Notes under the pieces: model-generated
Database searches by the model: none
What the model was told of the DNA's origin: nothing
Seen by the model: the letters and a program-made list of their open reading frames with translations, nothing else
Assembly: GCA_045587445.1 (NCBI GenBank)
Contig: JAZNCH010000036.1
Span: 41,490 to 105,489 of the forward strand
Source of the DNA: Eubacteriales bacterium
Lineage (GTDB): Bacteria > Bacillota > Clostridia > Oscillospirales > CAG-272
Direction: 5' to 3'
Length of the DNA: 64,000 bases
Part shown: in pieces, positions 16,300 through 26,321 of the stretch
Position numbering within the stretch: the first letter of the stretch is position 1
How the letters are laid out: each line of letters begins with the position of its first letter
Position numbers and translations under genes: made by a program

Positions 16300-17619
16300 A
16301 TGAAAAAGAAAGCATCGGATTTCCGTTATAACACCGGTGAAACCAGAGTTCCGTGGCCTGCAGTAGGTGAAAACTACAATGCAGCTGACCTTATGAAGGT
16401 TATTGAATTTATGATGCAGGGACAGGGAGAAGAGTATGACAACGCACTCAAGGCTGTTGCTGACAAGATCTATGATCTTGACAAGGTATCAAGTGCTCCC
16501 GGTAAGCTCTCTCTCGACGTACACGTTCAGGCTGCTGAAGAAGCTTGTGATAAGTACCTTGAAACAGAGAACTCTCTCTTCGTAACAAATGCTACAGCAG
16601 GTTTTGAAATTGCTTACAAGTATGCAAACATCGGCCCCGGCGATGAAGTTATCGTTCCCGCTATCACATTTATCGCTACAATGGCTTATCCTCTTTCTGT
16701 TGGTGCAAAGATCGTTATCTGTGACGTTGCTCCCAACACAATAAACATGGACCCCGAAGACCTTAAGAAGAAGCTTTCTCCCAAGACAAAGATGGTAGTT
16801 CCCGTACATATCGGTGGTTACCCCTGTAACATGGAAGAGATCATGAAGGTTACTAAGGAATACAACAAAGACATCGTAGTTCTTGAAGACGCTGCACACG
16901 CATTCGGTGCTATCTACAAGGGCAAGAGAATTGGTACAATCGGCGACTTCGGTTCATTCTCATTCCACGAAGTTAAGAACGTTACATCTTTCGGTGAAGG
17001 CGGTATCGTTTGCACAAACGTTGAAGAAATGCGTCCTTTGATGCCTCGTTGCAGATTCTTCGGATCTGACTTCGGCGTAAATCCCATTGACAATTGGTTC
17101 TACAACGTTGACGCTATGCCCGGTAAATACGGTCCTTTCGTAGCTCTCAACAGCTCTACAACAGAAATTCAGGCTATCGGTCTTAAGCTTCAGGTGGCTC
17201 GTAACGAAGAAATTATTGCTAAGAGACGTGCTAACGCTGCATACCTTACAGAAAAGTTTAAGGCTAACGACGCTATTATTCCTCAGGATATTGGCGGAGA
17301 CGATGTTCTTCCTACATTCCACCTCTATTTGCTCCAGATCGATCCCGCAAAGGCCGGCGGCGACGTTCAGGTACTCAGAAAGAAACTCGAAGCTAAGGGC
17401 GTTACAAACCTTCCTCACTTCGGTCCTCTTTACAGATTCAACATACTCAAGCAGCTTGGTTATGATGTAGAAGCTATGTCTGCATCTTGCCCCGTGGCTA
17501 ACGAAGTATTTGACCACAGATTCACACACCTTCCTCTCTACGGTATTGATGATGAACAGGTTGAATACATGGCAAATGCTGTTCTTGAAGCAGTTGAAGA
17601 AATGCAGAAGGGTCTTTAA
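16300..17619 (+). CDS. DegT/DnrJ/EryC1/StrS-family PLP-dependent aminotransferase
   Basis: DAAHAFGA...GDFGSFSFHEVKN (PLP lysine) motif block. AAGGAG RBS. Codon usage visibly biased (AAG over AAA, CTT/CTC, GCT, GGT). Confidence 0.8.
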   Translation: MKKKASDFRYNTGETRVPWPAVGENYNAADLMKVIEFMMQGQGEEYDNALKAVADKIYDLDKVSSAPGKLSLDVHVQAAEEACDKYLETENSLFVTNATAGFEIAYKYANIGPGDEVIVPAITFIATMAYPLSVGAKIVICDVAPNTINMDPEDLKKKLSPKTKMVVPVHIGGYPCNMEEIMKVTKEYNKDIVVLEDAAHAFGAIYKGKRIGTIGDFGSFSFHEVKNVTSFGEGGIVCTNVEEMRPLMPRCRFFGSDFGVNPIDNWFYNVDAMPGKYGPFVALNSSTTEIQAIGLKLQVARNEEIIAKRRANAAYLTEKFKANDAIIPQDIGGDDVLPTFHLYLLQIDPAKAGGDVQVLRKKLEAKGVTNLPHFGPLYRFNILKQLGYDVEAMSASCPVANEVFDHRFTHLPLYGIDDEQVEYMANAVLEAVEEMQKGL

Positions 17620-17660
17620 TTTCTGAATAAGAAATAATAAGATTAAATAAAGCAAAGATA

Positions 17661-17691
17661 AGAACCGTCGATTTTGACGGTTCTTTTTTTG
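17661..17691 (+). terminator. terminator of the DegT-family gene
   Basis: AGAACCGTC/GACGGTTCT stem, 6-nt loop, T7. Confidence 0.8.
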
Positions 17692-17710
17692 GTGTGATAA
17701 TATGTTTTGG

Positions 17711-17742
17711 AAAATAAAACACCCTCGGAAAACCGAGGGTGT
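17711..17742 (-). terminator. terminator of the ABC ATPase gene
   Basis: ACACCCTCGG/CCGAGGGTGT stem, loop of 4. On the minus strand it is followed by TTTATTTT. Confidence 0.75.
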
Positions 17743-17762
17743 AATTATGTTCGTTTTTCAGA

Positions 17763-18881
17763 TTAATGAACGATGCATCTTTCTGTATCTTTATCGAAGA
17801 AGTGCATTCTGTCGATTTCGATAGCAATCTTAACTTTGTCGCCTGCTCTAACCTTTGAACGAGAAGATACACGAGCTGTAAGCTTCTGTTCGTAAGATGT
17901 GAGGTAGAGGTATATTTCAGCACCCATAAGTTCTGTAACTTCAACGTCTGTTTCAATAACAGTTTCAGCAAACTTAGCGAGGTTTTCTTCATCATCGTAC
18001 AAGCATTCGGGACGGATACCTGCGATAATTTCTTTGCCGATGTATTCATTAAGGTTGGAGTCTTCAAACTTAGCCTTCGGAACCTTAAGTCTGTTTTCGC
18101 CAAATACGAAATAAACGTCTTCTTCGTTCTTCTTCTTTTCGAGAGTGCCTTCGATGAAGTTCATAGGAGGTGTACCGATAAAGCCTGCAACGAAGAGGTT
18201 AACAGGAACATCATAGAGATTTTGAGGAGAGTCAACCTGCTGAATTATACCGTCTTTCATAACAACGATTCTGGTAGCCATTGTCATAGCTTCTACCTGG
18301 TCGTGAGTTACGTAGATAAATGTAGTACCCAGCTTCTTATGAATCTTTGTAATCTCGGTTCTCATGGTTGCACGGAGTTTAGCGTCAAGGTTTGAGAGAG
18401 GTTCGTCAAGAAGGAATACGCGGGGTTCACGAACGATCGCACGACCCAACGCAACACGCTGCTTCTGACCACCGGACAATGCCTTAGGACGTCTGTCGAG
18501 AAGGTGGCTTATATCAAGGATACGAGCAGCTTCTTCAACGCGGCGCTTGATTTCTTCTTTGGGAGTCTTTCTGAGCTTAAGACCGAATGCCATGTTGTCA
18601 AATACTGTCATGTGGGGATAGAGAGCGTAGTTCTGGAAAACCATCGCAATATCTCTGTCCTTAGGAGCAATATCGTTAACGAGCTTATCACCTATAAAAA
18701 GCTCGCCCTCTGTAATTTCTTCAAGTCCCGCTACCATACGGAGTGTTGTGGATTTACCGCAACCGGAAGGACCAACGAAGATAATGAATTCCTTGTCTTT
18801 TACTTCAAGACAAAAATCGGATACAGCTGTAACGCCGCCCGGATACTTTTTGTAAATGTGTCTAAATGATAAGCCTGCCAT
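17763..18881 (-). CDS. msmX: sugar ABC transporter ATP-binding protein, MsmX/MalK/UgpC type, stand-alone
   Basis: Walker A GPSGCGKST, signature LSGGQKQR, Walker B FLLDEPLS, C-terminal MalK-like regulatory domain. No permease or binding-protein gene adjacent. Confidence 0.85.
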   Translation of the reverse strand: MAGLSFRHIYKKYPGGVTAVSDFCLEVKDKEFIIFVGPSGCGKSTTLRMVAGLEEITEGELFIGDKLVNDIAPKDRDIAMVFQNYALYPHMTVFDNMAFGLKLRKTPKEEIKRRVEEAARILDISHLLDRRPKALSGGQKQRVALGRAIVREPRVFLLDEPLSNLDAKLRATMRTEITKIHKKLGTTFIYVTHDQVEAMTMATRIVVMKDGIIQQVDSPQNLYDVPVNLFVAGFIGTPPMNFIEGTLEKKKNEEDVYFVFGENRLKVPKAKFEDSNLNEYIGKEIIAGIRPECLYDDEENLAKFAETVIETDVEVTELMGAEIYLYLTSYEQKLTARVSSRSKVRAGDKVKIAIEIDRMHFFDKDTERCIVH

Positions 18882-19100
18882 TTATAAAATCCTCCTAAGA
18901 TTAATTCAGAGTACGGTTATGTCTGCCGCACTCGAAAACATACTTTTTTATCTACAATATTCTAACAAATTTCTTGCGATTTTTAAAGATGTTATTTCCC
19001 CAAATTTACACTATATCATTTGTGCAAGTTGCATAATTTAAAATAATAAACTGTGAATACATAATTTGAAAGAATGTTGCTGAATTCTAATAAATTAGAT

Positions 19101-21257
19101 TTATATTGTATCTTTCATAGTGAGAGCGATACGTTTCTTGTTTAGGTCAACGCTTTTTACTTTAACGTTTACCACGTCTCCTACCGAGAGAACTTCGGAA
19201 GGGTGCTTAATAAATCTGTCCGAGATTTCCGAAATATGTACGAGACCGTCCTGATGAACACCGATGTCAACGAATGCACCGAAGTCGATAACGTTTCTGA
19301 CAGTTCCCGTAAGCTGCATACCGGGGGTAAGGTCGCTCATATCCATAACATCCGTACGGAGTATAGGCTGGGGAAGGCTGTCTCTTACGTCTCTTCCGGG
19401 CTTTTCAAGTTCGTTTACTATATCTACCAAGGTTGGTTCGCCGACTTCAAGTTCTTCGCAAACTTTCTTTTGACCTTCCATATCTATCTTTATACGAAGG
19501 AGTTTTATCTTTTCGTTACCTATATCCGATTCGTCAAGACCGAACTTTTTGAGAAGTCTTCTTGCAATGCCGTAAGATTCGGGGTGAACGCCTGTGTTAT
19601 CGAGAATTTCATCAGAACCGGATACACGCAAAAAACCTGCGCACTGTTCAAATGCTTTTGCTCCAATTTTTGGAACCTTAAGTATTTGCTTTCTGTTTGT
19701 AAATTCGCCGTTTTCTTCTCTGTACTTAACGATATTCTTTGCAGAAGTCATATTAATTCCCGAAATATATGAGAGCAGAGAATAGCTTGCGGTATTTACG
19801 TCAACTCCTACTGTGTTAACGCAGTCTTCGACGACACCTGTCAATGCCGCGTCAAGTCTTGCGGGTTTCATATCGTGCTGATACTGACCTACACCTATTG
19901 ACTTCGGGTCTATCTTAACAAGCTCTGCAAGGGGGTCTTGAAGTCTTCTTGCAATAGATACGGCACTTCTTTGGGTTACGTCAAAATCGGGGAATTCTTC
20001 TGTACCTAACTTTGAAGCCGAGTAAACGGATGCACCAGCCTCGCTGACCATAGCGTATTTTACGTCTTCGGGAATGTCCTTTAGAACGTTTGCGATAAAT
20101 ATTTCACTTTCTTTTGATGCTGTACCGTTGCCGATAGCAATTGTATCAACACCGTATTTTCTTATAAGCTTTTTAACCTTTTCAGCCGATTCTTCTATTC
20201 TTTCCTGCGGCTTTGTGGGATAGATAACAGCCGTATCAAGCACCTTACCTGTTTTATCTACAACAGCTAATTTACAACCTGTACGGTAACCGGGGTCATA
20301 ACCCATAACCGTCTTACCTTTCAAGGGGGCAGACATAAGCAAGTTTTTAAGGTTTTCTTCAAAAAGCTTTATAGCGCCTTCGCTTGCATCGTCAAAGAGG
20401 GCTGAACGTATCTCTCTTTCTATAGAAGGTGCGATAAGTCTGTCGTAGCTGTCCACTATAGCACCGGAAATGTATTTCTTTGCGGGGCTGTTTATATCGG
20501 TTATAACTTGATTAAAGAGGTAGTTAAGAATAATATCGCTGTCGATGTCTATATCGGCTTTAATAAATTCTTCTTTTTCTGCACGGTTGATAGCCAAAAT
20601 TCTGTGGTCGGGTAAGTCTTTGAGACTACCAGAGAAATCATAATACTGCGCATAAACAGAATCTTCTTCCTTGGTTTGTTTTGTAGTAATTTTTCCGTAA
20701 CCGAAGGTAAGGCTTCTAATGCTCTTTCTGTATTCTGCGTTGTCGGAAACGTCTTCTGCAATAATATCACAAGCACCTGCTAATGCTTCTTCAACGGTGC
20801 TCACGCCTTTTTCTTCGTTTATGTATTCTTCGGCAAATTCTTCAAATGATTTTTCGTATGAAGACTTTTGTTCCATAATTAGCGCAGACAAAGGTTCGAG
20901 GCCCTTTTCTCTTGCAACCGAAGCTCTTGTTTTTCTGTGGGGCTTATAGGGACGGTAAATATCTTCGACTTCAGTAAGTATTTTTGCATCAGCCAAGGCT
21001 TTTTCAATCTCGGGTGTCATTTTGCCTTGCTCTGAAATAAGATTGAACACCTCTTCCTTTCTCTTTTGCAGATTGCGCAAATAGTTCAATCTGTCAAAGA
21101 GGTCTCTTAGTATCTCGTCGTCAAGAGAGCCTGTAAGCTCTTTTCTGTAACGAGCAATAAAGGGGATAGTGTTACCCTCGTCGATAAGCTTAACCGTATT
21201 ATCTACCTGTGTTTGTTTAATACCGAATTCCTCGGCAAGTGTCTTGTTGATATCCAT
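19101..21257 (-). CDS. tex: Tex-like transcription accessory protein (S1 RNA-binding domain protein)
   Basis: IPFIARYRKE N-terminal signature, YqgF/HhH central region, C-terminal S1 domain (GTVRNVIDFGAFVDIG). Start moved to ATG 21257 (AAGGAG RBS). Confidence 0.88.
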   Translation of the reverse strand: MDINKTLAEEFGIKQTQVDNTVKLIDEGNTIPFIARYRKELTGSLDDEILRDLFDRLNYLRNLQKRKEEVFNLISEQGKMTPEIEKALADAKILTEVEDIYRPYKPHRKTRASVAREKGLEPLSALIMEQKSSYEKSFEEFAEEYINEEKGVSTVEEALAGACDIIAEDVSDNAEYRKSIRSLTFGYGKITTKQTKEEDSVYAQYYDFSGSLKDLPDHRILAINRAEKEEFIKADIDIDSDIILNYLFNQVITDINSPAKKYISGAIVDSYDRLIAPSIEREIRSALFDDASEGAIKLFEENLKNLLMSAPLKGKTVMGYDPGYRTGCKLAVVDKTGKVLDTAVIYPTKPQERIEESAEKVKKLIRKYGVDTIAIGNGTASKESEIFIANVLKDIPEDVKYAMVSEAGASVYSASKLGTEEFPDFDVTQRSAVSIARRLQDPLAELVKIDPKSIGVGQYQHDMKPARLDAALTGVVEDCVNTVGVDVNTASYSLLSYISGINMTSAKNIVKYREENGEFTNRKQILKVPKIGAKAFEQCAGFLRVSGSDEILDNTGVHPESYGIARRLLKKFGLDESDIGNEKIKLLRIKIDMEGQKKVCEELEVGEPTLVDIVNELEKPGRDVRDSLPQPILRTDVMDMSDLTPGMQLTGTVRNVIDFGAFVDIGVHQDGLVHISEISDRFIKHPSEVLSVGDVVNVKVKSVDLNKKRIALTMKDTI

Positions 21258-21271
21258 ATATGTGAACTCCT

Positions 21272-21979
21272 TTATTTTGTCTGTCTTAAAAGAATGTCGA
21301 TTTCTTCTTGTGTCAGATACCGCCATTGGCCTCTGTTAAGCGTAGTGTCAAGCGGAAGAGTTCCGAATTCCACACGTTCAAGAAAAATAACTTTATTATT
21401 TACCGCTTCGAGCATACGTTTTATCTGGTGGTACATACCCTCAACAATTGTAATATAAAGCTCATTTTCGCCGACTTGTTGTACTTTTGCGGGACGGGCA
21501 ACGTCGCCCTTATCCAATTGTACACCGTTTTCGAGCATTTTTATGTCGTTTTCTGTAACGGGAAAAGCGGTTTTTACGTGATAAATTTTGCTGACGTGCC
21601 TCTTAGGCGATAAAAGATAATGGGAAGTCGCACCGTCGTTTGTAATAATAAGAAGTCCCACCGTATCTTTATCAAGTCTGCCGCATGGAAAGAGACCGCA
21701 TTTTTGCAGTTCCTCGGGCAAAAGAGAAATAACGGTATCGCCGTCTTTTCCGTCGGTCGATGACACAACCCCTGCGGGTTTATTCATCATTATATATATG
21801 TTCTTTTTATAAGAGACGTTTTTTCCCATATATTCAATAACGTCAACGTCGGGGTTAATTTTTACATCAGACTTGGAAATGATATTTCCGTTGACCTTAA
21901 TTAACCCAAGTTTTGCCGCTTTAGCCGATTCCGTTCGGGAGGCGAGTCCCATGGATGACAGCAGCTTATCGATTCTCAT
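21272..21979 (-). CDS. rRNA pseudouridine synthase, RsuA/RluB family
   Basis: S4 domain MRIDKLL..G.ASR and catalytic GRLDKDTVGLLIITNDG. Start ATG 21979 or 21994. Confidence 0.8.
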   Translation of the reverse strand: MRIDKLLSSMGLASRTESAKAAKLGLIKVNGNIISKSDVKINPDVDVIEYMGKNVSYKKNIYIMMNKPAGVVSSTDGKDGDTVISLLPEELQKCGLFPCGRLDKDTVGLLIITNDGATSHYLLSPKRHVSKIYHVKTAFPVTENDIKMLENGVQLDKGDVARPAKVQQVGENELYITIVEGMYHQIKRMLEAVNNKVIFLERVEFGTLPLDTTLNRGQWRYLTQEEIDILLRQTK

Positions 21980-22001
21980 ACTCAAAATAATCACCGTTTT
22001 T

Positions 22002-22100
22002 TTAATATTGTAGATAAGACATAAGCATCAGAGCCATTATTCCGAAAAAAAAGACACCGAGAATAAATCCTAATCCGAATTTGTTAAGGTTGTTGTTCAT
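22002..22100 (-). CDS. possible small membrane peptide (32 aa) MNNNLNKFGLGFILGVFFFGIMALMLMSYLQY
   Basis: GGAGGAAATAGGTATT precedes the ATG. Single hydrophobic helix. Below the ORF-track cutoff. Confidence 0.35.
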   Translation of the reverse strand: MNNNLNKFGLGFILGVFFFGIMALMLMSYLQY

Positions 22101-22397
22101 AATACCTATTTCCTCCTTTTTTAGAATTAGTATGGAGGAAAATACTGTAATATATACAAAAATAAACAACGACTTATTCTAACATAAAATGCTTAATATT
22201 TCAACAGTTTTTGTCAAAACCTTGATGTTATTGAATAGATACGTTAAAATACGAATGTAGAAAAATGACATGAAGATATTAAAATAATATAAACAGGGGT
22301 TGAGTCAAATTGAAAAAGTAGTAAATATTAAACAATTCTATTTTTATTGTTTATTATGCATTCTTTAGTTCATTTATTAGTATTAACCAATAAAATT

Positions 22398-22424
22398 GAG
22401 GCTAAGTTAATGACTCAGCCCCTG
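22398..22424 (-). terminator. probable terminator of the SEDS gene; copy of the GGCTGAGTCATTAACTTAGCC palindromic repeat
   Basis: On the minus strand GGCTGAGT/ACTTAGCC (one G-U pair), followed by AATTTTATT, 11 nt after the stop codon. Confidence 0.5.
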
Positions 22425-22435
22425 TTTTAATGTTA

Positions 22436-23560
22436 TTAAGTAGGTTCTCTTTCAAAGAAATATTTACTTCGGTAACGGTATATGCTGAGCACTAACCCCA
22501 GTGATATAAACAAGCTTAATACAGAAGAGCCGCCGTAGCTCATAAAGGGAAGTGTTATTCCGATTATTGGCAGAATGCCGAGCGACATACCGATGTTTTC
22601 AACTGTTTGCGCTACTATCATTGCGGCAACACCGCCGCATATTGCAGAACCTATATCTTTACGTGCGATAAAGGCTACGGATATTATGCGGAAAACGAGA
22701 AAGACGAGTAAAAACATAAGTAATGCGGTGCCGATGAGTCCAAGTTCTTCGGCAGTTACTGCAAATATCATATCTGTGTGATTGTAGGGAATGGTTGGTG
22801 CAATGCTCGAATCCATATATCCGGTGCCGAAAATTGAACCTGCGGATATAGCCTCCTTTGAAAGTATCTGCTGATACCCATATCCTAATGGGTCCGATTC
22901 CGGGTTGAATCCTACAAGAATACGTTGCTGTTGATAGGGCTTTAATAATTGCCATAGATAAGGTGATGCAAGAACTACTGCCGCCGAACCGCCGAGCAAA
23001 TAGAAGATGCTTAACCCTTGAGTAAAACACATTACAACTGCAATAAACATAAATACAAGAGCAGAACCGAGGTCTCCTTGCAGAATTATAAGACCTGTTA
23101 CCGTACCCGCGTGAAGTATAAGTAATAAAATGTTTAGAGGCTTATTTATCTTTCCTTTTATCGAGTCGAGGTGTTTTGCAAAGGTTATGATAAAGCATAC
23201 TTTTACAAATTCCGACGGCTGAACGTTAAGTGCTATACCCTCAAACTCTATCCAACTTTGATTTCCTTGCCCAACACCGATAAAAAGTGTTAAAACAAGT
23301 ACGGCAACCGAGGCCGAAAACAAAGCTATGCAGAGTTTGGTGTTAAGGAAGATTTCATAATTAATAAATGATAAAATAAGCATAAAACAAATACCGAGAA
23401 AAACCGCAAAGGCTTGCTTGGTAACGTAGGAAGTGTTTCCCCCTCTCGTCGCGCTTGCAACCATAAAAACGCCGAAGATTGACAATACTATTGCAATAAC
23501 TGCCGTAGTATAGTCGAACGATGTTTTGTTTTTGCCGAATTTTTTTCGGTATTTGAACAT
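22436..23560 (-). CDS. SEDS-family peptidoglycan glycosyltransferase (FtsW/RodA/SpoVE)
   Basis: About 10 TM helices with conserved LPFMSYGGSS near the C-terminus. Confidence 0.85.
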   Translation of the reverse strand: MFKYRKKFGKNKTSFDYTTAVIAIVLSIFGVFMVASATRGGNTSYVTKQAFAVFLGICFMLILSFINYEIFLNTKLCIALFSASVAVLVLTLFIGVGQGNQSWIEFEGIALNVQPSEFVKVCFIITFAKHLDSIKGKINKPLNILLLILHAGTVTGLIILQGDLGSALVFMFIAVVMCFTQGLSIFYLLGGSAAVVLASPYLWQLLKPYQQQRILVGFNPESDPLGYGYQQILSKEAISAGSIFGTGYMDSSIAPTIPYNHTDMIFAVTAEELGLIGTALLMFLLVFLVFRIISVAFIARKDIGSAICGGVAAMIVAQTVENIGMSLGILPIIGITLPFMSYGGSSVLSLFISLGLVLSIYRYRSKYFFEREPT

Positions 23561-23583
23561 AATTATTTCCTTTTAATTAAAAA

Positions 23584-25023
23584 TTAATATGCTTTACCCC
23601 AGTAAACCATATGTGTTGCTTTTTTACCGCAGCATACACAGGTATCGCTGAAGTGTTCGCCGTCCATAGGGATACATCTTGAGCCAACGCCGGTAAGCTC
23701 TTTAACCTTGTCTTCGCAAGCTTCGTCTCCACACCACATAGCTTTTACGAAGCCGTCGCCGTTTTCAGCAAGTTTAGCATTGATTTCGTCGATAGATTTA
23801 CATTCGTAAGTGTGCTTTTCGCGGTTTTCAAGAGCTTTCTGGAATATACCGTCACGTACCATTTGGAGCTTTTCTGCAACTTCTGCTTCAAGGTTATCGA
23901 GAGAAACGATATATTTCTGTCTATCGTGTCTTGTGACGAGAACGCACTGATTATTTTCAATATCGCGAGGGCCCATTTCGAGACGTACGGGAACACCTTT
24001 CATTTCGTATTCCGAGAATTTCCAACCCGCAGAATTGTCGGTATCGTCGAGCTTAACTCTAAACTGTTTTGCAAGTCTGTCGCGTACCTCTGCGCATTTT
24101 TCAAGTACCCCATCTTTATGCTGTGCTATAGGAATGATAACAGTCTGAATAGGAGCGACTGCAGGCGGAAGAACGAGACCGGAATCGTCGCCGTGAGTCA
24201 TAATGATAGCACCGATAAGTCTTGTTGTAACGCCCCAGCTTGTCTGGTGAGGATATACTTTTTTGTTTTCCTTGTCGGTGTACATAATATCAAATGCTTT
24301 AGCAAAGCCGTCGCCAAAGTAGTGGGAAGTGCCTGCTTGAAGAGCTTTTCCGTCATGCATCAAAGCTTCGATAGCATAGGTGGAAACAGCTCCTGCAAAC
24401 TTATCGCTTTCTGTCTTTTTACCTTTTACTACCGGCATAGCAAGATATTCTTCGCAGAATTTTGCATATACGTTGAGCATCTGTTCTGTTTCGGTAATTG
24501 CTTCTTCAGCTGTTGCATGAATGGTGTGCCCCTCCTGCCAGAGAAATTCTCTTGAACGGAGGAAAGGTCTTGTTGTCTTTTCCCATCTTACAACGCTTAC
24601 CCACTGATTGTAAAGCTTAGGCAAATCTCTGTATGAATGAATAATATTGGCATAGTGTTCGCAGAAAAGTGTTTCGGAGGTAGGACGTACGCAGAGTCTT
24701 TCTTCGAGTTGTTCCTTGCCGCCGTGAGTAACCCAAGCGACCTCAGGAGCAAAGCCTTCAACGTGGTCTTTTTCTTTGTTTAGCAGACTTTCGGGAATGA
24801 ACATAGGCATACATACGTTTTCGTGGCCGAGTTCTTTGAACATAGTGTCAAGAGTTTTCTGTATGAGCTCCCAAATTGCGTATCCGTAAGGTCTAATTAC
24901 CATACAGCCCTTAACGCTGGTGTATTCTATAAGCTCCGCCTTTTTGCAGATGTCTGTATACCACTGGGCGAAGTCAACGTCCATAGAGGTTATGTCCTCT
25001 ACCATTTTCTTGTCTTTAGCCAT
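23584..25023 (-). CDS. proS: prolyl-tRNA synthetase, archaeal/eukaryote-like type
   Basis: 479 aa without the bacterial INS editing insertion. N-terminus FAQWYTDI...[14 protein letters not shown] and a Cys-rich C-terminus ending WGKAY. Confidence 0.88.
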   Translation of the reverse strand: MAKDKKMVEDITSMDVDFAQWYTDICKKAELIEYTSVKGCMVIRPYGYAIWELIQKTLDTMFKELGHENVCMPMFIPESLLNKEKDHVEGFAPEVAWVTHGGKEQLEERLCVRPTSETLFCEHYANIIHSYRDLPKLYNQWVSVVRWEKTTRPFLRSREFLWQEGHTIHATAEEAITETEQMLNVYAKFCEEYLAMPVVKGKKTESDKFAGAVSTYAIEALMHDGKALQAGTSHYFGDGFAKAFDIMYTDKENKKVYPHQTSWGVTTRLIGAIIMTHGDDSGLVLPPAVAPIQTVIIPIAQHKDGVLEKCAEVRDRLAKQFRVKLDDTDNSAGWKFSEYEMKGVPVRLEMGPRDIENNQCVLVTRHDRQKYIVSLDNLEAEVAEKLQMVRDGIFQKALENREKHTYECKSIDEINAKLAENGDGFVKAMWCGDEACEDKVKELTGVGSRCIPMDGEHFSDTCVCCGKKATHMVYWGKAY

Positions 25024-25063
25024 AATTTGAACCTCTTTAAATAAAAATAATTCTATCCTTATT

Positions 25064-25092
25064 ATTATGCATTAAATGACAGCAATTGTCAA
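25064..25092 (-). promoter_or_regulatory. sigma-A promoter of proS
   Basis: Minus strand reads TTGACA, 17 nt, CATAAT. The resulting leader is about 45 nt, too short for a T-box. Confidence 0.5.
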
Positions 25093-25174
25093 GCGGTTTT
25101 CGGTATTGACTTTTATTATAGGTGTGATAAAATAAAAAATAGGAATAAACAACGCAAAAAGAGAGGAAACCCAT

Positions 25175-26308
25175 ATGGCAAAAGAAAAGAAAACAATCGA
25201 AGACGATATAGCTAAGGTGGATAAAAACCTTGAGGTTAAGACCGCTCTTGAAGAGAAAGATATAGTATTTTATGATGTAAAGAAGCCGCCTTTTGATTTG
25301 TACGGAATTTATCTTGAAGAACTTGACGTATTCAAAAGAATGCCCGAAAAGGTTGCGGAATCGGTGAGCAAAAGCGTTGCTTCATTGAATTTTGATACAG
25401 CAGGCGGAAGAGTGCGTTTTACGACTGATTCAGATTATGTTGCCATAAAGTGCATACTTCCAATGGTGAGAAACTTTTCTCATATGCCGAGAACAGGTAC
25501 CTCGGGATTTGATCTCTATGAAGTTGAAGATGGAACGTGTACTTACGTAAACACTTTCGTCCCGCCGATGAATATGACAGACGGATATGAGTCTATTGCA
25601 TATTTAAAGGGTAAAAAGAGACGTTGCTTTGAAATAAACTTTCCTTTGTATAATAGAGTAGATGAACTTTATGTAGGGCTTAGAGAAGGTTCGTATGTCG
25701 AAAGCGGTGATAAGTACAAATACGCAAAACCGGTGCTTTACTATGGTTCGTCGATAACACAAGGCGGATGTGCTTCAAAGCCGAGTAACAGTTATCAAGC
25801 AATAATTTCCCATGACCTTGATTGCGATTATATTAATCTCGGTTTTTCGGGGAGCGCAAAAGGCGAAAAAAATATTGTTGATTATCTTGCAAGTCTTGAC
25901 GCATCCGTATTTGTATGTGACTACGATTATAATGCGCCCGATTCAGAGCATTTGAAGGCGACGCATTTGCCCCTTTATAAGTTGTATAGAGAAAAGAACC
26001 CCAATACTCCGATTATCTTTGTTACGGGGGTAAAGGTTCACTATTCAAGCGGGGACCTTATAAAACGTAAGCAGATAATATTGGATACTTATATGTACGC
26101 CCTTTCTCATGGTGATAATCTTGTAAGTTATATCGACGGAAATACTATGTTCGGAGGAAGATACGGAAACGTTTATACTGTTGATGGGTCACACCCGAAC
26201 GATGCGGGATTTTTAAGGATGGCGGATATAATCGGCAGAGAAGTAGAAAAGATGCTTAAGGTTGCATACTCAAAATCGGGCGGAGGCAATAGAACGAAAT
26301 ATATATAA
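25175..26308 (+). CDS. SGNH/GDSL-family hydrolase (esterase)
   Basis: Block I YYGSSITQGG and block V DGSHPND. No signal peptide. Confidence 0.7.
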   Translation: MAKEKKTIEDDIAKVDKNLEVKTALEEKDIVFYDVKKPPFDLYGIYLEELDVFKRMPEKVAESVSKSVASLNFDTAGGRVRFTTDSDYVAIKCILPMVRNFSHMPRTGTSGFDLYEVEDGTCTYVNTFVPPMNMTDGYESIAYLKGKKRRCFEINFPLYNRVDELYVGLREGSYVESGDKYKYAKPVLYYGSSITQGGCASKPSNSYQAIISHDLDCDYINLGFSGSAKGEKNIVDYLASLDASVFVCDYDYNAPDSEHLKATHLPLYKLYREKNPNTPIIFVTGVKVHYSSGDLIKRKQIILDTYMYALSHGDNLVSYIDGNTMFGGRYGNVYTVDGSHPNDAGFLRMADIIGREVEKMLKVAYSKSGGGNRTKYI

Positions 26309-26321
26309 GGAAAGTTTTATT

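Noticed and set aside
17522-18103. 193-aa minus-strand ORF overlapping the ABC ATPase gene out of frame
   Set aside because: The ATPase frame carries Walker A/B and the ABC signature. The alternative frame is Lys/Leu/Ser-rich and has no recognisable motif.
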